Of a DNA stretch of 64,000 bases, positions 50,141-60,025 are shown one piece after another (the stretch's first letter is position 1; each line of letters opens with the position of its first letter). The DNA is from Bacteriovoracaceae bacterium (GTDB lineage: Bacteria; Bdellovibrionota; Bacteriovoracia; Bacteriovoracales; Bacteriovoracaceae), in contig JBFGZE010000001.1 in assembly GCA_041586955.1 (NCBI GenBank), forward strand, positions 1 through 64,000, written 5' to 3'. The notes beneath the pieces were generated by a model. That model did not search any database and was not told where the DNA came from. It saw only the letters and a program-made list of their open reading frames with translations. The position numbers and the translations under genes are program-made.

Positions 50141-51133
50141 TTAGTTCTTGATGAGTCCATTTTTAATAAGATCATGGAGTCGTAAAAAACCTTTGAAGGT
50201 CTTATCATCACCGATTACTGGCAAAATTGAAATGGGGCGATCACGGTCTTCCATCATCAATAAACCCTCATAGGCCAATTCATTTTCATTAATGGTTATG
50301 GGATTTTTATTCATGAGATGAAGCAGTTTTGCGTTAAGGTCAATATCATTAACAAGAGCACGACGGATATCCCCCTCAACCATAATTCCTTTTAAATGCC
50401 TACTCTCATCCAAAAAAGCAAAACCACCGACCGGCCTATTGGTCATCGCCATAAGAATATCACGCCATTTGGCATCTTCTTGACCACAAGGGCATTTTTC
50501 ATATGAAACCATAAGATCTTTAACTTTAATCCGCAGTTTCTTACCAAGTAACCCGCCAGGATGGTTAATCGCAAAGTCCTCTTTAGAAAGCCCAATAATT
50601 TTTTCGTAAACGACGGCCATGGCATCACCCATGGCCAAGGCCAATGTTGACGAAGTCGTTGGCGCTTGATCATTTAGGCAGGCCTCTTTTTCAACTGAAC
50701 AATCAAAAACGAGGCCACATTCCTTGCCGATCGGGGAATTGATATTACCAAGAAGACCAATCCGTTGAGATTTAGGTATTTCAATGAAAGGAAGGAGTTT
50801 TAGAATTTCCTCTGTATTTCCCGATTTTGAAACAAGAACAATGGTATCGCATCGGCGTAGGCGTCCTAGGTCACCGTGCAAGGCCTCTATCGGGTGAAGT
50901 ATAAATGACGGTAATCCCAAAGAAGTAAAAGTCGAGGCAAGCTTATGAGCGATAAGGCCAGACTTTCCCACCCCAATGAAAAAAAGTGATCCCTCTCGCT
51001 GTTGTAGGTCATTAAAAATTTGGATTAATTGCTCACCCTTTTGTGCCGTAATCTTTTCCGACGCTTTGACTAGGGCTTCTGCTTCCAATTTTAAAACATT
51101 CTTTAATAAATTGAACGCGACTTGCTGATTCAT
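50141..51133 (-). CDS. kdsD: Arabinose-5-phosphate isomerase (KpsF/GutQ, SIS + CBS)
   Basis: GVGKSG, EALHGDLG, SKSG, APTTSST, GDAMA, HPGG, CBS pair; start at MNQQ. Confidence 0.93.
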   Translation of the reverse strand: MNQQVAFNLLKNVLKLEAEALVKASEKITAQKGEQLIQIFNDLQQREGSLFFIGVGKSGLIAHKLASTFTSLGLPSFILHPIEALHGDLGRLRRCDTIVLVSKSGNTEEILKLLPFIEIPKSQRIGLLGNINSPIGKECGLVFDCSVEKEACLNDQAPTTSSTLALAMGDAMAVVYEKIIGLSKEDFAINHPGGLLGKKLRIKVKDLMVSYEKCPCGQEDAKWRDILMAMTNRPVGGFAFLDESRHLKGIMVEGDIRRALVNDIDLNAKLLHLMNKNPITINENELAYEGLLMMEDRDRPISILPVIGDDKTFKGFLRLHDLIKNGLIKN

Positions 51134-51186
51134 ACAAAATTTCCTCGGCCTTACCAAATAAATAGGATTGAAGTATAATAGATCCT

Positions 51187-51741
51187 ATGAAAACAATATC
51201 CTTATTATCACACCATTTAAAGAGTCCAAAACTCATTCTCTTACTGCTGACAGTGTGCACCATTAGCAATTGTTCATCCTATAAGAAGTATAAACATATT
51301 ACCGAAGATCTCGAAATCCCCTCAAAGGTTTACAACACTGAGTTCACTCAAACTTGGCAGGCCATCTTACAGGTCATGAAAAAATACGAATTAGAGCATC
51401 AAAATCAAGAGTCCGGGGTTATTAAAACGCGCTGGATCACTAACACCGTCGAACTTAATTTTTCCGACTCATTCGGATCAAACGATGCCATTAAGGCAGC
51501 GCGTTTCAAAATAGTTCTCAATGCCGTCAAAGGATTTCGCGGAGCGAGAGAAGTCACCAAAGTCACCATTTTTAAACGCCAAATGATTGAACAAGACTTT
51601 CTTCAAGGATGGTGAGTCGTTCCGACAGATGGCACTTTAGAGACGACAATTCTCTATCGTATCGGCCGTATCTTGATGATAGATAACCGCCTAAAGAAAA
51701 TTGAACAAGAAAAGAGTAAAGCAGCAGAAGAGTCTTTTTAG
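51187..51741 (+). pseudogene. Outer-membrane lipoprotein (BamC-like N-terminus) interrupted by an in-frame TGA at 51613-51615
   Basis: Lipobox TISNC; W.A...M, NQESGVIKTRW; frame stays open for 41 codons after TGA (VVPTDGTLETTILYRIGRIL...EESF) to TAG 51739-51741, then a terminator. Confidence 0.6.
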
Positions 51742-51742
51742 A

Positions 51743-51765
51743 TGGCGCTTGATTTCTAAGCGCCA
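51743..51765. terminator. Hairpin between convergent genes
   Basis: TGGCGCTT/AAGCGCCA inverted repeat. Confidence 0.6.
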
Positions 51766-51768
51766 GAA

Positions 51769-52536
51769 TTAAATTATTTTTTGACTGATCGCAAGTTTAT
51801 TCCAAAATCTCATTTTTGTGTTTTGGTCACTATCAGGAGATTTTTTTCCTGTAATTTTTTCTAATGAATAATCAAGGTCTAAAAAAATATCCTTATAACG
51901 CTTTTTTTGAATCATGCTCAACATAGGCTTAAGGGATTTTTTAAACTTCAAATCACCCATTGTTCTAATAATAGACTTCACAATATGAGCTCTTTTATTC
52001 CCTTTTTTAGAAGAGTAATAATTACGCTTATCATAGAGCATTGACCAGACATTTGGAGCTAAAGAGACAACATTTAGTTTGCGGATATTCTGCAAGGCCT
52101 GCGAGCGAACGATAAGAGATTTATCTTTAAGCGCTTTCGCATAGACTTTATCAAGCTTGTTTTGCTTTAAAGAAAGAAGAGTTTTTAAGCTTGCCATTCG
52201 TAAAACCCAATTTGGATGTTCTAAAAATTTTGAAATAAAAGGAACTGATTTTTTACCCATAATCTTCCCAACGAGAAAAGTCGCCATCCAACGATTTTTA
52301 TCAGGGTATTTGGCCCCCTTCATAACTTTGATGAGAATGGGAATGGCCTTACCTCCCAAGCGAATAGTATCTTGCTTTAAAGATACCATTTCCTTTTTAC
52401 TGAGATTCTTTTTATAGCTCTCAAGCAGAGGAGATTTTGTTCCAAGGGTTGGTTTTTTAATATTAGCAAATGATGGAGTTGATAAAATTAGAAGGAGAGC
52501 TGTCATTAACCCTCGTAATTGATTGCAGGAAATCAT
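51769..52536 (-). CDS. Secreted HEAT-repeat protein (very basic)
   Basis: Signal ending SFA; HPNWVLRMASLKTL and DKSLIVRSQALQNI HEAT motifs. Confidence 0.8.
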   Translation of the reverse strand: MISCNQLRGLMTALLLILSTPSFANIKKPTLGTKSPLLESYKKNLSKKEMVSLKQDTIRLGGKAIPILIKVMKGAKYPDKNRWMATFLVGKIMGKKSVPFISKFLEHPNWVLRMASLKTLLSLKQNKLDKVYAKALKDKSLIVRSQALQNIRKLNVVSLAPNVWSMLYDKRNYYSSKKGNKRAHIVKSIIRTMGDLKFKKSLKPMLSMIQKKRYKDIFLDLDYSLEKITGKKSPDSDQNTKMRFWNKLAISQKII

Positions 52537-52556
52537 CGTCTTACATCCTAGTTAAA

Positions 52557-53534
52557 TTAACCGAGCATCTTTTCAAATTCACTTAATAATTCTTCGGCCG
52601 ATTTTTGATCGCCTTCATCTTCAGACCCATCCGGCATATCAGCTCCACCATCTGCTTTTTCAGCTGGTTCGGCCGCAACTGGTTCTTCTTCTTCTTCTTC
52701 TTCAAACCCACCGATCGGGAGATCATCTCCACTTTCCACTTCATCGCCTGTAGGAATGGGAGCTCCATCTTCACTTGAGTCCATCATTGAATCAGGCATA
52801 TCATCACCAGAGTCGGGACTCTCTTTAGGCCCACTGTCAGACTCTCCCCCCATATCAGCAATGGTTTTTTTCAATTGGTCATTTTCCTGCTGAAGGCGCT
52901 TAAGGTTGGCCAAATCTTCTTCAATAATTTCGTATTCAGTTAACTTTTCTTTGAGTTCGTCTAATTCAGCGACAAGCTCAGATACTGCACCATCGTCTCC
53001 GGAACTCTCTTTTGCCTTGGCCAAGAGACCCTCTAATTCTGTAATACGATCTTTTAATTGTTGGTTTTCAGTTTTTAAAGATTTGATTTCATCTAATAAA
53101 GAGGAATCATCGCCACTGGCAGCTGCTGTTAATTGTTTTTCTAAATCAGAGACCATTTTTTCTTTATCTGCAAGGTCACGCCTTAAAGCAGTAATCTCGG
53201 CACTTTTTTGATTAAGAACTTCCTCTGGAATACCTGAATTTAAGGCATTACTACTTGGCAAATTCTGAACAGGAACAACGGAAGGAATACTCTCGCCAAT
53301 ATCTAGGCCACTACCACGAAATAAGGTTGATTTAAGAGAATTAGAGTTTTGAATTATGGAATCCAAATAATTTTTAACGACACTTGCTGGAATTTGATGC
53401 GTTAGTTTCTTAAACTTTCTTCTATTGTAATCCCAATAGAAGAAGAGAACCACCAATGTAGTCATCAAAAGGGAAGCCGCGATCATTACGATCTCGTCAT
53501 TATACTTAGTAAACGATAAAATGAGAGTTTCCAC
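52557..53534 (-). CDS. Membrane-anchored coiled-coil protein with acidic disordered tail
   Basis: N-terminal TM, long heptads, D/E-rich tail ending SAEELLSEFEKMLG. Confidence 0.8.
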   Translation of the reverse strand: METLILSFTKYNDEIVMIAASLLMTTLVVLFFYWDYNRRKFKKLTHQIPASVVKNYLDSIIQNSNSLKSTLFRGSGLDIGESIPSVVPVQNLPSSNALNSGIPEEVLNQKSAEITALRRDLADKEKMVSDLEKQLTAAASGDDSSLLDEIKSLKTENQQLKDRITELEGLLAKAKESSGDDGAVSELVAELDELKEKLTEYEIIEEDLANLKRLQQENDQLKKTIADMGGESDSGPKESPDSGDDMPDSMMDSSEDGAPIPTGDEVESGDDLPIGGFEEEEEEEPVAAEPAEKADGGADMPDGSEDEGDQKSAEELLSEFEKMLG

Positions 53535-53629
53535 CTTTATCCATCCTTGGAAGAGCGGTTTCTAATGCTCTAAAATGTTCTTCTATAATTATTAAAGCGT
53601 ATGAAATTTTTGTCAAATCAAGGAGCGAA

Positions 53630-54481
53630 TTACCCAGAAACTTGACCTACCATTTTGGTATGAATACTAGGGTGGGACGCCACAATATGAGGGCCGAAGG
53701 GAGAATATTTGCGACCATTATAGTCTGTTACCTTGATGCCCGCTTCTTGGCAGATAACCATCGCCGCACAAGTATCCCAAGGGGCCAGCCCCCTTTCCCA
53801 AAAGCCATCGAAAATCCCCTGGGCCACATGACAAAGATCAAGGGCAGCTGAACCCATACGGCGAATTCCGCGACTGGTAGACATTATTTTCTTAAAGATG
53901 CGAAATTCATTATCGAAAACCTTACCTTTTTCTGTAGCAAACCCTGTCACTAAAAGGCATTCTCTGAGATTTTTCTTCACCTTCCGCTGCTCTAGCTTCT
54001 TTTTACGCATTTTTTTCTGAGAATTTTCAAGGTAAGCTCCAACACCATCGATGGCCCAATAAAAGTCCCCCGTTTGTGGTCGATAAATGACACCTAAAAC
54101 TGCTTTGCCCTTCACCATAAGGCCAATACAAACAGCAAAGTAATCCATACCATTTAAAAAATTGGTCGTTCCATCGAGGGGATCAATCACCCAAAGACAA
54201 TCTTCACCGGCGGTAAATTGACTCCAGTCACCTCGGCCTTCCATAAACCAAGATTCTTCCGCCATAAAGCCAAAAGACGGCCTTTTCTTTTTTAATTCTT
54301 TAAGAATAAATTTCTCGGCCTTGATATCTGCCTCAGAGACCACCCCCTGTGCCTCTTTTCCGCATATATCGAGAGAGTGGATCTTTTTTTGATATTTAAT
54401 GAGAATAGAGCCCGCTTTTTCTGCAACCTCTTTAACTTCCTTTAAAATTTTTTTTAATTCATTCGTTGGTATTCTTTTCAT
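53630..54481 (-). CDS. suhB: Inositol monophosphatase family protein
   Basis: EAD, AEE, WVIDPLDGTTNF, RRMGSAALDL, PWD; start at MKRIP. Confidence 0.92.
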   Translation of the reverse strand: MKRIPTNELKKILKEVKEVAEKAGSILIKYQKKIHSLDICGKEAQGVVSEADIKAEKFILKELKKKRPSFGFMAEESWFMEGRGDWSQFTAGEDCLWVIDPLDGTTNFLNGMDYFAVCIGLMVKGKAVLGVIYRPQTGDFYWAIDGVGAYLENSQKKMRKKKLEQRKVKKNLRECLLVTGFATEKGKVFDNEFRIFKKIMSTSRGIRRMGSAALDLCHVAQGIFDGFWERGLAPWDTCAAMVICQEAGIKVTDYNGRKYSPFGPHIVASHPSIHTKMVGQVSG

Positions 54482-54695
54482 CGTTTTCCAGGGCCCGGGC
54501 CAAGTTATCCATTTCTTCTGTGGTAATATTTTTAGCAGGTACGGCATATTGCCCCTGCATCCAATTCCCCAAATCAACCATTTTACACCTTTCTGTGCAA
54601 AAGGGGCGAAAATCACTTTGATAATAAGAAAATTCTTTTTGGCATTTTGGACATTTTACCCGCAATGTTTTCTTTTTAGAATTGGTTTGATTCAT
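54459..54695 (-). CDS. yacG: DNA gyrase inhibitor YacG
   Basis: CPKC...RPFCTERCKMVDLGNW...Y. Confidence 0.92.
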   Translation of the reverse strand: MNQTNSKKKTLRVKCPKCQKEFSYYQSDFRPFCTERCKMVDLGNWMQGQYAVPAKNITTEEMDNLARALENDEKNTNE

Positions 54696-55488
54696 TAATA
54701 AAGTCCTCATTCATTTTCAATTCAATCTTTGAGTCAGAAGTATATTTCATATCATCTATTTCATGGACTTGCCATAAGCCACGGGCCGCATTAATGGCGT
54801 AACAATGGCGATAATCTGCCAAGTCCTGATAGAAGATTTCTTTTTCCACTAGAGGTAAGCTGTTCAAAACCTTCCTCTTTAATAACCATTGCCGACATAA
54901 TCCATTTAATAGTTTACCGGAACTTCGTGGTGTCACCCAACCATACTCATTACCAAAGATAATATTAAAAAAGCTTCCCTCTTGAACCTGCTCTCCTTGA
55001 TCTATCAATAAATAGGGAGGCTCCTCCCCAGGTGGATAAATCAACAAAGAGTCTGTTTTCAAAAAGGGAGGGTATTCATTCCTCAATGAGGATAATTTTT
55101 TTGATTGCAAGACACGTGGAACGCTTATGGCGCAATCCCTCGGGATAAAACCATAAGTCAGTTCTTGACCATTCCAATAGCAATGAAAGCGCACGCTCCA
55201 AGTTTTACTTGCCGGCAATGATCGAACGAGTTCTTTCAACTCTTTCAAGGCAACCTGAAAAAAGTCCTCTAAAGAGTCTCTTAGGCCCAGAAAAGAGAGG
55301 GACTGCTCTAAGCGCTGGCAATGTTCCCGCCACCACCAGATTCGGTCATGTTTTACACGGATAGTCGTAAAGCATGACCCCTGGCCCCGAGGAATTTCAT
55401 TTTCAACTATTTGCTGACCATCGCCATTAAGTGCTCTTAATTTCATAGACTTCCTATAGTAGAAAGTTTGCTTTGGAATTTCAAACAT
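54676..55488 (-). CDS. Class IV PLP-dependent aminotransferase-like protein (PabC/IlvE-like, divergent)
   Basis: FTTIRV, HCQRL, LKT, EGSFFNI, LLNGLCR, INAARG. Confidence 0.75.
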   Translation of the reverse strand: MFEIPKQTFYYRKSMKLRALNGDGQQIVENEIPRGQGSCFTTIRVKHDRIWWWREHCQRLEQSLSFLGLRDSLEDFFQVALKELKELVRSLPASKTWSVRFHCYWNGQELTYGFIPRDCAISVPRVLQSKKLSSLRNEYPPFLKTDSLLIYPPGEEPPYLLIDQGEQVQEGSFFNIIFGNEYGWVTPRSSGKLLNGLCRQWLLKRKVLNSLPLVEKEIFYQDLADYRHCYAINAARGLWQVHEIDDMKYTSDSKIELKMNEDFINESNQF

Positions 55489-55504
55489 GGTAACACTCTA
55501 GGCC

Positions 55505-56455
55505 ATGGATCTCGGGAACCTAGACAAACATTTACTGATTATTGGACTCGGCTCTCAGGCCAAATCTTGGGCCTTGAATCTTTCCAATTCTGGTTGGGAT
55601 ATTACAATTGGGCTACGCCCCAATAGTCCCTCTTTAACCGCTGCGAGAGACTTAGGGCTTAAAACCCTAGAGCTCGAGCAGGCGATCCCCATGGCCCAGC
55701 ATATTGCTCTTCTCATCCCCGATCATGAGCAATTATCATTTCTCAAACAATGGCAGAGTTACTTTCAAAATCAGGCCCAAATTATTTATGCGCACGGTTT
55801 TGCTCCTCATCGCCATCAATTGGCCGAAAAATATCCGACTCTCGGCCACCTTCTTTTAGCACCCAAATGTATTGCCCGTGAACTTAGGAATTATTATGTC
55901 GAGGGTAGGCCCATCGGTGGCTCCATTGGCCCTCTTGATACTCTATCCTCCGAGCAAAAAGAATTACTTTTTGCGATGGGTAAAGATTTAGGTCTAGCAG
56001 GAAACCTTTTTCCCTCTAACTTTAAAGAAGAATGTGAAGCTGATTCTTTTTCCGAGCAGGCCCTTCTTTGTGGCCTTCTCCCCTATGGCGCGTTAGCAGC
56101 GTTTAAGGCCCTCCGTAAAAATGGATTCTCTAAAGAGATTTCATTTATGGAGTGTTGGCTAGAAGTTAAATTAATCGCCGATACAATGATCGAATTAGGT
56201 CCCGAAAAATTTTTTGAACTGATCAGCCCCAATGCCTTAATTGGTGCCCATGAAGCACAAAAAGAATTATTTGGCGCAGAGTTTGAAAATAAGTTAGACA
56301 AGCTTTTATTAAATATCCAAAATGGCAAATTCTACCAGAAATTGGATGGTGTCGACTTTTCATCTTATAGAAAAAATGTTTTAGATCAGTGGAAAAATGA
56401 AGAATTGACTCAAACCTTTAATGAATTAAAGGGGCAATTAATTGATGGCATCTAA
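55505..56455 (+). CDS. ilvC: Ketol-acid reductoisomerase (IlvC)-like protein
   Basis: GLGSQA..WALNL, LIPD, YAHGF, APK, DSFSEQALLCG, EC..EVKLIAD. Confidence 0.75.
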   Translation: MDLGNLDKHLLIIGLGSQAKSWALNLSNSGWDITIGLRPNSPSLTAARDLGLKTLELEQAIPMAQHIALLIPDHEQLSFLKQWQSYFQNQAQIIYAHGFAPHRHQLAEKYPTLGHLLLAPKCIARELRNYYVEGRPIGGSIGPLDTLSSEQKELLFAMGKDLGLAGNLFPSNFKEECEADSFSEQALLCGLLPYGALAAFKALRKNGFSKEISFMECWLEVKLIADTMIELGPEKFFELISPNALIGAHEAQKELFGAEFENKLDKLLLNIQNGKFYQKLDGVDFSSYRKNVLDQWKNEELTQTFNELKGQLIDGI

Positions 56456-57239
56456 ACACACTATTCGTAGTTTAAAAAATCGCAAGCATGCATTTGAGAG
56501 AAAACCTCTGCAAATGCTCACTTGTTATGATTTTCAAACCGCTCAATTATTAAACGAAACGGAACTCGATCTTATATTAGTCGGCGATAGTCTCGGTAAT
56601 GTTATCCTGGGATATGAAACCACTGTTCAAGTGACTCTCAATGATATGATTACTTTTGGTAGTGCTGTCAAAAGAGGAGCGCCCGACAAGTTTACGGTCG
56701 TAGACCTCCCTTTTGGAACCTATAGTAGTGTTGAAACCGGAATTAAAAATGCCATTAAACTTTTTCAAAAAACATCTTGTGAGGCCATCAAGCTAGAAGG
56801 TGCTTTTGATTATCAATGTGAGCTGATTACTCGTCTCACAGAAAATGGAGTTCCGGTCATGGGGCATATTGGACTCACTCCTCAATCTGTCCATCAATTG
56901 GGGGGCTATTATACCCATGGCAAAAATCAACTGGAGCAAGATCGCCTTTTAAAAGAAGCTCTTAAATTACAACAGGCCGGAGTTTTTGCTCTCGTTCTTG
57001 AATGTGTTGAAAAAAAATTATCCGAAAAGATCACTCAATCCCTGCACATCCCTACCATAGGCATTGGTGCCGGCGAAGCGACTGATGGCCAAGTTTTAGT
57101 AACAAATGATTTACTTAAAATGGGCCCCCAAATGCCACCCAAGTTTTGTCAGCCTATTGCTGATTTATACCAACTAAAAAAAGATTTAATTAATCAATAC
57201 CTCAACCATGATAAAACAGAAGAAAATCGCATCCATTGA
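56442..57239 (+). CDS. panB: 3-methyl-2-oxobutanoate hydroxymethyltransferase
   Basis: TCYD, LVGDSLG, DLPF, KLEG, GHIGLTPQ, IGIGAG, DGQVLV. Confidence 0.96.
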   Translation: MMASKHTIRSLKNRKHAFERKPLQMLTCYDFQTAQLLNETELDLILVGDSLGNVILGYETTVQVTLNDMITFGSAVKRGAPDKFTVVDLPFGTYSSVETGIKNAIKLFQKTSCEAIKLEGAFDYQCELITRLTENGVPVMGHIGLTPQSVHQLGGYYTHGKNQLEQDRLLKEALKLQQAGVFALVLECVEKKLSEKITQSLHIPTIGIGAGEATDGQVLVTNDLLKMGPQMPPKFCQPIADLYQLKKDLINQYLNHDKTEENRIH

Positions 57240-57930
57240 TATTGGAAATAATCATACTAATGTTGGACTTCTTAATAAGGACCAATTGGAAATCCTCTCT
57301 TTAGCGGATTTCCTGACTCATTATAATGCCGAAGAGTTTTACTTTGCGGTTTCAGAGGTTGGTATCCCTCCAGAAGAAATAGGCGAGATCCAAGAAATTC
57401 CCTTAAGAGAGCAATTCCGCATGGGCCAATTTCTGGATATGCCTGTCGCCTATGGCAAAAGTCTAGGCGATGACCGTCTTTATCCAGCATACCAAGTTTT
57501 TAAAAATTACCACGGCATTAGTATGATTCTTGATCTGGGGACTTTCCTTACAATAGACTTTATTTCCCACGAAAAAGGTTTTCTCGGTGGCTTTATCGTT
57601 CCTGGTCTAGATGAGTTTTTGGCGGTGTTCAAACGAGGCCGCCTTTTACCCGACCTCAAAAAAGAGGAATTAACCGGATCTGAGCTCACACCACTTCCCA
57701 CTAATACTGTTGAAGCTGGCCTCAAAGGCTCTCAACTCTATTTACAAGGCCTTATTTCACGAGCAGTAAAGCTCTATCCTGTGACTCAAGTGATTTTAAC
57801 GGGGGGAGGCCTGCCCTATTTACAGGATAATTGCCAACAATTGGAATTGCCTCCCATTATTCCATGCCCCAACCTTCTACACCAATCCCTACATTTCAGT
57901 GCCCAATGCGTCATGACCAATCTTAGCTAA
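57208..57930 (+). CDS. coaX: Type III pantothenate kinase
   Basis: IDIGN, LGDDR, DLGTFLT, GGFIVPG, TGGG. Confidence 0.9.
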   Translation: MIKQKKIASIDIGNNHTNVGLLNKDQLEILSLADFLTHYNAEEFYFAVSEVGIPPEEIGEIQEIPLREQFRMGQFLDMPVAYGKSLGDDRLYPAYQVFKNYHGISMILDLGTFLTIDFISHEKGFLGGFIVPGLDEFLAVFKRGRLLPDLKKEELTGSELTPLPTNTVEAGLKGSQLYLQGLISRAVKLYPVTQVILTGGGLPYLQDNCQQLELPPIIPCPNLLHQSLHFSAQCVMTNLS

Positions 57931-57947
57931 TTTGACATAGTGCCGGC

Positions 57948-59162
57948 ATGAAAATTGTCCTTGGAGTTTGCGGCTCCATAGCCGCCTATAAAACCTACGA
58001 CCTCTTAAGAAGCTTGATCAAAAATGGTCATCAAGTGCGCGTTGTGCTGACCCAAAAAGCGCAATCATTAGTCCATGCTCAGATGTTTCGCTATCTAGGG
58101 GCCGACGATGTTTGGTGTGATCAAAGAGAATGGCAGGGAAATGAGCACGAAATTGGCCATATTCAATTGGCCCGCTGGGCAGATCAATTGGTCCTTTGCC
58201 CCCTAACGGCTAATACCATGGGACTTATGGCCCATGGTCTGTCTCCCAATTTATTGACCTCCCTTTTTCTCGCATTTGAGAGGTATAAACCCATATTGGC
58301 CTTTAAGGCCATGAATACTCAAATGCTGACCAACCCCCTGGTTCAAGAGAACGAAGAAAAACTGACTTCCCTACTTCCTAATTTATTTATTCATCCCTCT
58401 AGTTTTGGGAAGTTGGCCTGCCAAGAGCAGGGCCAGGGTAAACTACCTACTATCGAAGAAATTGTGGCGCTCATTGAGTCCACTAGTCTCACCCGTAAAA
58501 ACAAAAGAATTCTCATTACAACTGGCGCCACAATCGCGCCACTTGATCCAGTTCGCTACCTCACCAACCCCTCTTCAGGAATGACTGGCTTTTATCTGGC
58601 CAAAGATTATTTAAAAATGGGTTTTCAAGTCACTGTTATTGCGGGAAAAAATGCAACCACAGAATTAAATAATCTCATCAATCACCCCCACTTTAAACTC
58701 ACCAGGGTCGTATCGACAGAAGATATGTATCAAGAGGTTCTCCAAGAGTTTCCTCATTGTGATATTTATTTATCACCAGCAGCGATCAGTGATATTAGTT
58801 TTAAGAGCTCCACTCAAAAAATGAAAAAAAACCAAATCAAATCCTCGCTTGCCATCGAAGCAGCTCCCGATATTTTGGCCTCTGTTTTAAAGCTTAAACA
58901 TCATCAAATCATTATTGGCTTTGCCGCCGAAACTGATCTCACAGAAGAGCAATTAATGACAAAATGGCGCAATAAGCCCTGCGATCTTTTGGTCGGTACA
59001 AGAGTTGATAATGGACTCATTAAAGAAAATGAAAATGAGACCCAAGGCTTTGGCACAGATCAGGCCAACTACCTATTCTTAAATAAAAAGGGTGAATATA
59101 AAAGTATGGCGCTTAATAAAGGAGAATTGGCAGGTGTTATCGCCTCTGAGGTCCAGCTATGA
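57948..59162 (+). CDS. coaBC: Bifunctional phosphopantothenoylcysteine decarboxylase/synthetase
   Basis: GSIAAYK, HIQLA, TANT, AMN, GKLAC...G.GKL, DPVRYLTNPSSG, GFAAET. Confidence 0.95.
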   Translation: MKIVLGVCGSIAAYKTYDLLRSLIKNGHQVRVVLTQKAQSLVHAQMFRYLGADDVWCDQREWQGNEHEIGHIQLARWADQLVLCPLTANTMGLMAHGLSPNLLTSLFLAFERYKPILAFKAMNTQMLTNPLVQENEEKLTSLLPNLFIHPSSFGKLACQEQGQGKLPTIEEIVALIESTSLTRKNKRILITTGATIAPLDPVRYLTNPSSGMTGFYLAKDYLKMGFQVTVIAGKNATTELNNLINHPHFKLTRVVSTEDMYQEVLQEFPHCDIYLSPAAISDISFKSSTQKMKKNQIKSSLAIEAAPDILASVLKLKHHQIIIGFAAETDLTEEQLMTKWRNKPCDLLVGTRVDNGLIKENENETQGFGTDQANYLFLNKKGEYKSMALNKGELAGVIASEVQL

Positions 59163-60025
59163 GTACTCTATTTCAAAAAACACAAGATTTTAAAGTTTGG
59201 CGCCAAGGAGTGAAGGATCAAAGTATTGGATTTGTTCCCACCATGGGAAATCTGCATCCAGGTCATTTAGGCCTAGTTGAGCAATCTCTTAAGGATAATG
59301 ATATTACTATCGTTTCTATTTTTGTTAACCCCAAACAATTTGGGCCAAATGAAGATTTTGAGCGATACCCACGCACCTTGGCAGCGGATATTCATGCCCT
59401 AGAGCAATTCAAGGATGATAATAAAGACCTTATCATCTATGCTCCTGAATCCGCCGCCGATTTTTATCATAATCAATTCAATTCGATTATTTCGGTTAAG
59501 TCCTTTCAAGATCAGTTATGTGGCGCTAAGCGACCAGGACATTTTGATGGGGTCACAACTGTTGTCTATAAATTATTTGCGACCACTAAACCGACGAGGG
59601 CCTATTTCGGTCAAAAGGATTATCAACAATCCTTAATCATTCAAAAAATGGTTTTAGACCTGGAAATACCTGTTGATATAATCCTGATGCCAATTAGTAG
59701 AGAAGAGGATGGGCTAGCACGTAGTAGTCGCAACCAATATCTAGGGCCAAAAGAACGAACAACCGCCCTTAAACTCTCCTACGCGATCAAAGACCTTGAG
59801 AAAAAAGTTAAGAAGGCCAAAAAAGATGATATCTTTCACGCAGTGCCCGCTTGGATTCAAGAAATTAAAAAAAATGACTCCCACTTTGAATACTTAGAAA
59901 TTCTTGACGCAGAGGATTTAGAAGCAATAAGGCCACAAACGAAAACAGTTTTAATCGCTGGGGCCTATCAACTAGGGGCAACTCGCCTTATTGATAATAT
60001 CTTGGTACCATTAAATTATGCTTGA
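59159..60025 (+). CDS. panC: Pantoate-beta-alanine ligase
   Basis: VPTMGNLHPGH, FVNPKQF, RPGHFDGV, FGQKDYQQ, SSRN, RLIDN. Confidence 0.97.
   Translation: MSTLFQKTQDFKVWRQGVKDQSIGFVPTMGNLHPGHLGLVEQSLKDNDITIVSIFVNPKQFGPNEDFERYPRTLAADIHALEQFKDDNKDLIIYAPESAADFYHNQFNSIISVKSFQDQLCGAKRPGHFDGVTTVVYKLFATTKPTRAYFGQKDYQQSLIIQKMVLDLEIPVDIILMPISREEDGLARSSRNQYLGPKERTTALKLSYAIKDLEKKVKKAKKDDIFHAVPAWIQEIKKNDSHFEYLEILDAEDLEAIRPQTKTVLIAGAYQLGATRLIDNILVPLNYA

Noticed and set aside
51613..51640. TGA as selenocysteine or evidence of an alternative genetic code
   Set aside because: No Cys/redox context and only a 4-bp hairpin; TGA acts as a normal stop at the expected ends of recJ, panB and coaBC
52683..52703. 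(TTC)n microsatellite as a phase-variation tract
   Set aside because: Trinucleotide run encoding poly-Glu in a disordered tail; slippage would not shift the frame
54482..54616. N-terminal extension of suhB given in the ORF track
   Set aside because: Overlaps yacG in another frame; ATG at 54481 gives a normal-length protein
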